Positions 35,201 to 45,200 of a stretch of 64,000 bases of DNA are shown piece after piece; position 1 is the first letter of the stretch, and every line of letters begins with the position of its first letter. Source of the stretch: Magallana gigas (taxonomy: Eukaryota); assembly GCF_963853765.1 (NCBI RefSeq), contig NC_088859.1, forward strand, positions 31,434,001 through 31,498,000. Reading direction: 5' to 3'. The notes under the pieces are model-generated. The model saw only the letters and a list, made by a program, of their open reading frames with translations, was not told the origin of the DNA and made no database searches. The position numbers were made by a program, and so were the translations under genes.

Positions 35201-37673
35201 TCCAGCTCTCTTAAACATGCTTAAAAAAAAAAATGAAGTGTTGATATGTAATATAATAGACAGTTGACTATTTGAGTCACATGGAATGTTTTCAGTGAGC
35301 AATGTGTTGGGGAAGGAAGGTCAAGGTGTATACATATTAATGTCGGGGTTGGACATAGAGAGGACTCTGGGTTCCGCCGGCCCACTAGGGTGAGCCTCAT
35401 TCTGAATTTTAATCTGGATATTTATATGCTTTGCTTGGTTTCAGCGAGGAATGTTCTTGATAAGGAAAACAAAGGCGTTTATGTTCTCATGTCTGGTTTG
35501 GATATAGAACGAGTCTTTGTATCCTCAGGGTGTGTTGGATGAGAACTTATTTATGATCAATTTACAGTGATTGTAAATTGGAGATACTACCGGTATTTAC
35601 ATTTCAACTAGGCCAGAATTCAATGGATGCTCATGAGAAGATTTTGTGGTTTTGATCAGAATCATTTAATTTTACTTGAAGACATGAACAAGAGTCTCCA
35701 GTTTATGATCATGTTTTCAATGGTCTTCCTCTATATGTGCATGTACCTTTATATCTGAAAAAAAACCCAGCATCAACATCTCTAATGCTTTTGGCTTTTG
35801 AGTTTTCTTAACACAAAACTGCAAGCATTGGACAAGATTGTGGTAAAAAAAATGAAAACACCTGTATTATAGTAGTGATGCTAGACTGACTATTTAGAAC
35901 CACAAGTACTTGTATCGAGACACTAGCTCACATTACTGGGTACTCCTTCCAAGCCATTTCTGCACTGAAACCATTCCTGTGTAGAGCTAGTACTGTCATT
36001 GCTAACCAATCTAATTAAAATTAGACTTGTAAAGCTGCTCCTCTATGATACGCTATACCAAAGCTATAAAAACTCCATACAGGGTCACCTCAGAGTGACC
36101 TTTCATTTAGCAAATAAAATCACTGCTGTCAAAATATTGGCTGGCAGTTTCTTCTTTACCGAAGAACCTAAATGGCCCGACAGATTTGATATACATTTGG
36201 CAGAAAATAATTAGCTTGGCATAAAATAGATGACCAAGCTTTAGAGCTGTAAGAGTTTAAACCATATTTTAAGACTTGTTTATAGAAGCTTGAATCTGAT
36301 TGGCTAACATTTTGGAAGTTGTTGCTCCTTATATGGGATGTTGGTAGATCTTGTGTAGCGCATCAGAGAAGAGTGGTTTTACAAGTATGATTTTCATTAG
36401 ATTGATTGTCTAACCCTTTGCTTTCCTTATCAAGCTGAAAATATGTTGGGAGAAAAGAATAAAGGTGTTTACGTCCTCATGAGTGGTCTGGACATAGAGC
36501 GTTTGGTTCTCTCTGCTGGACCAATCGGGTAGGTACTGTGTGTAACAATAACAGTTCAGGGTTTGTTAACTAATACCTAGCTGTACACCTGGATTCTTAA
36601 TTGGATAAATCAAATGGATCCAGTGTTTGACTGAAAAAGGGTACATGCACAGGCATAGGAGATTCTTATTGTTTTGAAATTGACAATTTCTATAATCAAT
36701 AAATTTCTTTATAAGCCTTAAATTGGTACCACCTTTTACATAATACATACAGTTCCTTGATGCCAGGCATGAATATGAAAATTACATCTTATTAGATAAT
36801 TTCTATGTACTTTTATGGGATTTTCATACAGTATTCAATGAATTTCTATAATACATCTATCTATTGATTGATTTCTTTGCATAATCAGTTTTAAAACTTT
36901 TAACCTGTATACTGCTTTGATTCTAAAATTGTTCCATTACAGAATAATGCAGGCATGTTGTGATGTTGCTTTTGCTTATGCACACCAAAGAGAAGCTTTT
37001 GGAGAAAAAATTGGATCTTTTCAGGTACTGATGTCAAATACGTGTACATTGTAATTCCATGCAAAATAAGTCCCCCTCTTAATTTTTCTCATCATATTCA
37101 TAATGCTAAAATCAATCCTATTCACTAATATTCATTCTGCTGCAGATGATCCAAGCAAAGATGGCCAACATGTATACTACACTTAATGCATCTCGATCCT
37201 ATGTTTATAACGTGGCTCATTCACTGGACAGAGGAGAAAGACAAAACAATGTAAGACATTCACAGTCAATTAACTTGAATTCAAAAACAACAGAATATAT
37301 CAATTGGTTTCCACATTCCCTGGTATATTGGAAGAGTTTATATTCTGATTATAATCCATCTGATCATTATTTGTAGGATTGTGCGGCAGTGATCTTGTAC
37401 ACAGCTGAGGCAGCTACACAGATGGCACTGGATGCCATCCAGATACTTGGTATGTCATCAAAAACTACTCATCTCTTACAACACTGAGTAAATACATGTA
37501 GGATTCTTTCAGTCAATTTATTATTATTGCTTGTTTCAGGTGGAAATGGTTACATCAATGATTACCCGACTGGACGCTTCCTGAGGGATGCTAAGCTATA
37601 TGAGATTGGAGCAGGAACCAGTGAAGTCAGGCGACTAATCATTGGACGAGCTATAAATGCCCACTATAAATAA
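32247..37673 (+). CDS. IVD: Isovaleryl-CoA dehydrogenase, mitochondrial, 420 aa, with three alternative copies of exon 8
   Basis: Exons 32247-32384, 32545-32634, 32795-32846, 32973-33142, 33278-33371, 33920-34053, 34150-34246, [35296-35389 or 35445-35538 or 36435-36528], 36943-37024, 37146-37250, 37377-37449, 37540-37673. Motifs: [43 protein letters not shown] and YEIGAGTSE (the IVD-type Gly-Ala where MCAD has its catalytic Glu). N-terminus is Arg/Ser-rich and presequence-like. Confidence 0.96.
35296..35389 (+). CDS. IVD: IVD alternative exon 8A ([32 protein letters not shown])
   Basis: 94 nt, ttttcAG acceptor, GTGAGC donor, phase 1 in and phase 2 out as in 8C, no stop codon, catalytic Glu (DIER) retained. 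Confidence 0.85.
35445..35538 (+). CDS. IVD: IVD alternative exon 8B ([32 protein letters not shown]); donor is non-canonical AT
   Basis: 94 nt, open frame, tttcAG acceptor, but followed by ATGAGA at 35539 instead of GTGAG. It may be a pseudo-exon. Confidence 0.6.
35944..35981 (+). promoter_or_regulatory. Candidate intronic splicing docking element, antisense to the 3' splice sites of IVD exons 8A and 8B
   Basis: CACTGAAACCATTCC (35963-35977) is complementary at 14 of 15 positions to GGAATGTTTTCAGTG (35283-35297), which spans the 8A acceptor AG. Pairing extends on both sides with bulges. Confidence 0.6.
36435..36528 (+). CDS. IVD: IVD exon 8C, the canonical-type copy ([32 protein letters not shown])
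   Basis: 94 nt, branch-point-like CTAAC about 25 nt upstream, polypyrimidine tract and AAG acceptor, GTAGGT donor. Closest to the human ERLVLAGGPLG sequence. Confidence 0.9.
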
Positions 37674-38332
37674 TCCATCATTTCACAGGAACCCAAAGCT
37701 AGTCTGTGATTCTATCAGTATTTTGCTCGCATGTAAACAATACATTGTCATTGCATTCACTTTATATGAAAAGATGTCAGTTACCGTAATTATTCATGTA
37801 TAGCCATTATGTCAATACAGAAGTTGAATACAATCAGAAGGTACTCGGAGAACTGGCATAAGCTCTTGACTATTAATCAGTATACATCAGTGCTGTATGT
37901 TAGAACAACAATTATGAACATTCAATACCTCAAGATTTTACTGCTATTGTAAAATAAACTATGATCATGTTTTCACAGCCTGCTGTGTTGATTTAAGCAA
38001 TTTGTTGATCAAATAAAATTAAAGTCATAACTTTTCTGTTCTACATTTTTTATTGAAACTCCTCATTGGTTCATGATTCAGTATTATACAGTGCATATTC
38101 ACTCTATGCAAAGAAAGTGATGACATATTTCAAAAACATTCTTTAATGTCTCCAAACTTATCTCTAAATACTGTAGGTTTCATTCATTTTAATAATAACA
38201 TATGAAATGGAATCATGTCTTTACTCGGCCTTCTTCTGGTCCAAACAGAACTGCTTTTCTCAGTCTTGATGACTTGGAGTGTATTGAGCTAGAGGAAATA
38301 TTTATTTTCTTGGATACCAACTTCATTGTAGA

Positions 38333-39508
38333 TCATTTTTCTTTGTATCTCCTGTCTGCTTTGATGATAAACATGTGGATAGTATGGTTTCCTGGAAGAT
38401 TGGATCCACACAAAGTCGGACTGTCTGCATCAAAAGAGTCCAAGCTTACTATTTCGCACTCCAGTCCCCATTTTAACAACAATACATCAACTGCCCTGTT
38501 AGAACTACAATCAAATAGATCAATACAAATTAATCTGATATGAAAGTTTTATATTTCTCTCTTTTTGATAAGAGTAAAAGTGTTCTTAGACTTACCTTCT
38601 CTCTTGATAGGTGCACCAAAATTCTGCATCCTTGTTTTGTTTGATCAAGTAACTGACTGTTACTATAATGTCTTCAAAGTCTATTAATGAAAACAAAAAA
38701 AGAACAAATGTGTAAAATGATCAAGGTAAAGATATTGTCTCCATTTTTCATGAGAGAGAGAGAGAAATGGAGCAATCTTTTACATCTGGGTCAAATATGA
38801 GAGAAATACAGACAGATTCAGACCTTTAGAATCATAGAAGCAATCTGAGCCAAGGATGATATCAACAGGTGGCAAATCAAGCAAAGCTTCATTAAACCTG
38901 CCCCAAGTGATCCCTATCACTGGAATATCCAGCAGTCCATTGGCCTGACAGGATTTTCTGCAGTTTTCCAGACAATGAGGGAGGTCCTGACTGTCACTCA
39001 GCGTAACATTGCCTCCACATTTCGCGGCCAGGATTCCAGGTAATGATGTGCCTGACCCAAGCTAAACAATAATGTTTAATATTAAATTCTTCAATGCTAA
39101 ATGTTCAGTATATGGAAAATATAGTTAATGCTTCAATATGTTTAAGTGGAGCTTTAAAAAAATACCATATCATAATTTCACCCCCCCCCCCCCCAATTTG
39201 ATACGGTATCTAAAAAGAAGTCTCTTTACCTCTAGAATTTTTCTTCCCTTTATTTGATCTCTTTTGTGCCATATATATTGGGCTAGCACTGGAGCTGATG
39301 GCCATACATACAAACCATAGCTTGGTTGCATAACCTGTCAACAAAATTTTTAAAATTTATCAGACAGTAGATTACAAATTATCTTAAGAAAGATTTATGA
39401 ATTCTGTTGTATTCTAATCATAATGTTGACAACCTCTGTAACTGTCACTGTTTTCTTTTCATTTCTGATTTTATCTTCAAACTGAAAAATTCTTTCAAAA
39501 CATTCCAT
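38333..39508 (-). CDS. METTL23: Methyltransferase-like 23 (class I protein methyltransferase), 224 aa
   Basis: Exons 39434-39508, 39230-39334, 38824-39061, 38596-38680, 38333-38504. Motifs: YGLYVWPSAPVLAQYIW, ILELGSGTSLPGILAAKCG, DIILGSDCFY, FEDIIVTV, LPGNHTIHM. Confidence 0.92.
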
Positions 39509-40149
39509 GCGGTCTTGTTTACAAATGTGAACTTTTCCTCAACCTGCTAAAGTACAGCGGGTTTGATTGGGCAATCCGAAAGTGAAAGTAGATATTGACC
39601 TCGAACACATGTGGATGATGTTTACTGTTAATCTCTGAGGAGTGAGTATAACATAATGTAGTAGTTTATGTATTTATATATAAATTAATATTTTTAAATT
39701 TATGTATAACATGTAAGTATACACTAGATTAATTGTACTCAGCATGTCGGGTGTTTTTATACTTCGGCATGGCAACTGCATCACGACTTTAAATCTAGTT
39801 GATAAATCATTAATTATTTTATGATTAAAATTATTATACGCTGTGACTCATATTAATTAATATTATTTTATCAATATGCCAACAAAGTTATGAACAAAAG
39901 TACTTTTTTTTTTTTGAAAAATGTATTGTACTCCTGAACCAGACTCCTTTATGTATTTAATAGTGATTATGTTAATATTTATATCATCTCTCTAGAAAAG
40001 TGGGCAGGCATACATGTAGCCTGTCATATATAAGTCAACTTTTCTATACAGAATAGAGTAAATATGCATGCATGCAGTGTGATGTATTCTGCAACTACCT
40101 CTTGCAATGACCAAATAAATAAAGGTAACCCAATAATTGAAACCAGTGT

Positions 40150-40390
40150 TGAGGTATCGCAGTAGACAATGCACTGGCTTATCACTCCTGTGACCCAAGT
40201 TTGATCCCCGTGATCGACAGTGGTTGTATGTGACTGGGTATGGTGGTTGCCCGCTTAGATACATGGGTTTTCTCTGGGCACTACGGCTACCTCCCACATA
40301 AATGACCCCATTGCGCTAACATCCGTGCTAATGCGAGATATTAATATAAGTTGTAGAACTTGTTTATCAATCGTTGTAAAATAAATATAG
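40150..40390 (+). mobile_element. tRNA-derived SINE with a V/Meta-like core, degenerate
   Basis: tRNA-like head with a B-box-like AGTTTGATCCC, followed by GGGTTTTCTCTGGGCACTACGGCTACCTCCCAC, which resembles the conserved SINE core GGGTTTTCTCCGGGTACTCCGGTTTCCTCCCAC, and an A-rich tail. Confidence 0.6.
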
Positions 40391-40666
40391 TTCATTTTAA
40401 ACCAATGAAAGCTGTACTCAATCAATGCCACAATATAGCCTTGTGCAAATATCCGTCATTCAAATGTGTTGTGACGGTATTTTATATGGTTTTAAGCTTA
40501 CCAGGTAACTAGTGTAAATTTCCCCCACCGGTAAATAACCACTTTTACAGTGTATGCAGCCCTCATGAAAGCTTAACCTCCTTCAATAGGAAGGAAGAAA
40601 ATAAATGCTATGTACTGTTAAAATCTATTTGTATTTTGTAGACTAAAATAAGAATAATAAACTCAG

Positions 40667-41713
40667 ATGAAGAGACTAGTGTTTACAAACCTACTGACAA
40701 GAAGAATCATGTCAACTTCATCAGTAAGTAGTTTCCAGACTGACAGTAGTAATGATCAAATAAATATTTATCTATTATATAAGTACAACAGTAAACTTTT
40801 GCTTTTTTTTGCTTGTCAATAAACTGATGGAAATATTACACAGGACAAACATGTACCATCAAAACTTACAAATGAGTTGTAAACAACAAATATTGTAAAC
40901 TTATATTTGTGTTGTTTTTGTATGTAATCTAGCAAAAACCAATTGAGAACTCCATATGCAAGAAACTTACTGGTAAATTTCAACCTCAACATTTAGAAGT
41001 CATAAATGAAAGTTCAAAACATAATGTCCCAAAAGGTGAGTGAATGATATACAATTTGAATTGCATGTACATTTACATCCTATGTATTTTATCCGTTATA
41101 TTTCAATAAATGTTGTTCATAATGAGCATATTTAACAACAATTCTGGAGGCACCCCACCATACGATATAACCTTAATACATTGAGCCTGTATGTTTGAAC
41201 AGACATGTAGCCTACATCTTACTTTACACTACAGGTTCAGAGACTCACTTCAAGGTGGTGGTTATCAGTGATAATTTTGAGGGTATTCCACTCATAAAGG
41301 TAAGGGAAGGATTCATGATGCAAATCATATTACAAAGTCCAATATTAGATTTTATGGTGTGAACACTTTGGGTCACCAAAATTTAAAATATATGAATATC
41401 TGATTAAAATGTACCTGTATGTCACTTTGGTTACCTGTTATTTTATTAATGCAATTTGTTACAGAGACACCGCTTAGTCAATGAGGTTTTGAAAGAGGAG
41501 CTTGAAAATGGTGTACATGCTCTTTCCATTGTGGTAAGCATGAAAAGGTTAATGCCAAAAAAATTAGGCTACTTGTTTTGGTTAATACATACATTAACCC
41601 GGTTTTTTTCAAAAATTTCACTTTATATATAGGCAAAAACACAGGTACAGTGGGAGGAATCTGGTCAGCATGTGAGCAAGTCGCCTCCCTGTCGTGGGGG
41701 CACAGGCCTGTGA
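40667..41713 (+). CDS. BOLA1: BolA-like protein 1, 124 aa, with an N-terminal mitochondrial-type presequence
   Basis: Exons 40667-40723, 40933-41035, 41235-41299, 41465-41533, 41633-41713. Motifs: [43 protein letters not shown] and C-terminal SPPCRGG. This gene is missed by the ORF track. Confidence 0.9.
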
Positions 41714-42286
41714 TTGTGAATCTGTGGTGCTGTCTTGAAGTTTGTTATATTAAAGTGAAATACATGTACCCTGGTGTGAATTCACAAAAACTCCATGATA
41801 TCAGAAGATTCCACTTGTCATTGCAGTACGATGTCAAGATTAGAGTTTATTGTCTGAATAATCACTTTCATGACATGTCTTCAGGGATGAACTGAAAAAC
41901 ATGCGTACTTACATATGAAATTAAGAAAGAAAACTTTTAATGTTATATGTACATGTATTTGGGATTTTAAAAATAGGACATTGTATTAGTATTCGAACAT
42001 CACTTTACAGTATTCAGTACTTGTGATATGTAGATTCTTACTAATAAAACTGAAAACAGATATTTGTTATTGACATACAGATGCATGTACTACTTTTATT
42101 TATCTTCAATAAATAATGTTACATGTCTCAGTTTTAAATTCTTTTTTCACAACAAATCCATTCCATCAGAATTGTACAGAACAATCTTAGGCTTATATAC
42201 AGTTCATGGTACCAGAGGGCCAGACCAAACAATTCTTTATCCTTGCAGTTGAATCACAAAAACTAACATTTGAAATTCACCATTTG

Positions 42287-45200
42287 TCATTCTTCAGTTG
42301 CAATAGCTTTCCTATTGTCAAATTTTGCCAGAAATGGTTCTGGGGTAGGGTCTCTTCCCATGAAAGTTCTAAACACAGTCTTAGGATCAACAGCGGCTCC
42401 CATTGTCAAGTAGGTGTCCTTGAAACTAAGCCAGAGAAGAAATACACAGTGTATTAAACAACAGACAGTTGTAAAGTTTGGATAAAGATATTTAATAAGT
42501 GTATAATCCTTTCTCAAACATGTACTTCATATGTAGGCATTTGACATTATAAACGTCTCTATTCATTTTTATAGTAGATATAATTACCTTACCTATATAA
42601 ACACATACAGAAGTATGAATTCATGAAAAGAGATAACATCAAAATGCAAATGATGTACATTTACATCTCTACAAAGAAGTTCATTTTCAAAGAGAATCTC
42701 TAATAGTTAAGGCCTTTACCGTTTTCCAACAAGAGCTAGTTTTTGTTCATCATGAAGAACCTCTTTGAAAGCGGAGGCTGCATCAGCTGCTACCATCTAC
42801 AAATATAAAAGTTGAGGCTTAAATTATTGATAAAAAGTTTTTTCTAGTTTTATATTTTTACACAAATAATTTGAGTTATTCTTCATGCATTAAAAATGTC
42901 TCCTTTTACCTTGCTCCAGATTTCTGCATAGTATAAACAGCTTCTCCCTCCTATGAAAATGTCGTGAAATGTACAAAATCTCTCGTCTTTTGGATGGAGA
43001 GGCATTGGGATGAACTCTTTATATAGCCTGTTGTATTGGTCAGGTGTGGACTCTGGCCTAAATGTTATAGTAAAGAAATATTGCAGTACCTGCCATTTTT
43101 AACTTGCTACATGAACACATACAGCAAAACTCGAATATAACGAACACGGATATAGCGAATTTACGGCTATAACGAATTATTATTCATGTCCCGGCAAATT
43201 TCTTATATAAACCTTTAGAAAATTAATGTATATAACGAACATGGCTATAACGAATTTACAGCTATAACGAAGTAATTTTAAGACCCCCGCTGGCAAAATC
43301 TTTACGTATTTTATCATTTTTATAACGAATTTTTTCCATTTCAAGATTCATTTAGAATACATGCAATGTTAGGATGTATATATAAAATACTCAAATTCAA
43401 ATAGTATACGGATTTTTTTTTTTAATTAAAATGAATTGTTTATATAGACATTTTTTTGTAAATGACGGTAATACTAATTTTATAACTTACGATAGTGTGG
43501 AAAACTGTAAGCGGATTATTTTATAACGAATTCGCTATAATATTTTAGACGAATTCGTTATAAACGTATAGCGAATTACGGCTAAAACGAAGTTTTTTCT
43601 ACGGTCCCTTGAAATTCGTTATAAACGAGTTTTGCTGTATTTTCATTTGAATATTCTGCAGTTCCTTTTGAACAATGTATATAACGTACCGGTACTTCAA
43701 GTTTTCATAAAGACCCAAAGAATGTGAAATTAATTATATGTACAAGAGATGTTTCTTCAATTTGATTACAAAATAATCATTAGGTTAACCTGGGCTTCAT
43801 ATCTTACTTACGTCTTAATAAATGTTCCTCTTGTTTCTCTGAATATGAAAAAATTAACATTGATACATTAACATACATGTACAACAAGAAAAATTGTGAA
43901 AAGGGCGACTTTTGCAACTTGGAAATAGAAGATAGTTCGTATTTGTAACATGAAAATACATTTACTCTATACCAAATATAAGTTAATAAAAGTGCAGAAA
44001 ATGTGTGAAAGAAAAAATAAAGGACTTACTCCAGGTAAAACTCTAGATCCAGGGCACTTTTAAAAGCTTCATTCAGAACATCAATTGCCTGCATGTGTTC
44101 TTGAGCTGAAAAGTATACAATACATAGGATATCCTCCATGTCAAAAATTCTGGTAGTCCATGTATAGATCATACATCATATTGACAAAGCTATTTTTCAT
44201 AAAGAAAAAATGACATGCTTTGCTTTATCAATAATTTGATAAAAATATGTTCTATACAACTGCTGACCTCCTATCATTGAATTCAACTGCTCGTCTGGGA
44301 TCTCAACACCTGACGAGTGGTGGCTGCTGAGGGATTTGAACACTTCTGGGATCTGAATCACATTTAGAAGTGTATATGGAACAATCTTCTGGGCATCTGG
44401 CTCCATGTGCCTGTTTCCAGACATCTCACTGTATGGAGCCCTGGACAGAATACACTGAAGGGCACATCCCATCTAGAGTTTACAAGAAAACATCAAATTT
44501 GATATGTTGTACATGTGTTTGGTCACTAAACTATCTGATACTGTCAACAAAAAGCTTGTTGAGGCATCTTTGATTTTTTTTAGACTATTCTATTGGATGA
44601 AATTCTATTCTCTTATACAAATATTTGATCATTTAATAATGAATGCACAAACAGTAGATACTGTAAAGTTATAAAATATTACCAGTATATCCAACTTACA
44701 TTCATGATAAAACTTTGAATATCATCAAACTGCATTACACTGGGCTTAGACTGATCATATGAAGGATTAATTCTCAGAGAAACATAGGTCAAGGGTGTGG
44801 TTTCAGCAACAGCACTTCTGTCTGAAAACATTGCAGGTACCTTTAAGATAACAACTGATTAAAAATTTGTTACATACATAAATGAAGGATAATTTGTCAA
44901 AGAAATATATACTATATACAGGGTTATTTTTGCCCCATGTAATTTTCATCCTTCTACACTTGCAAACAGTTTCACCCTGACTTGAATTCGCCCAGACACA
45001 GTTGTGTTTAAAAAGAGATAATAAGAAACATTAGAATCTGCCCAGTTTTAAATTTACCCCCTGACAAGGAGGGCGAAAGGAGTGAAAATAAAATGGGACG
45101 AATATTTCCCTCTATACAATAGCTAATTATGTTATACCATTTTTCATAGATTTACATAGATTTCGGGTGAATATCAGTTGGACATAATAAACAAAACATA

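Noticed and set aside
35390-35444. Reading 8A, 8B and 8C as consecutive constitutive exons (an internal repeat in the protein)
   Set aside because: All three give a net phase that does not match exon 9 and would triplicate a single catalytic helix; one copy alone gives the normal 420-aa IVD.
43122-43637. Regularly recurring TATAACGAA motifs suggestive of a CRISPR-like array
   Set aside because: The spacing is irregular, both orientations occur, and the motifs are enclosed by terminal inverted repeats and a TA duplication, so this is a eukaryotic MITE.
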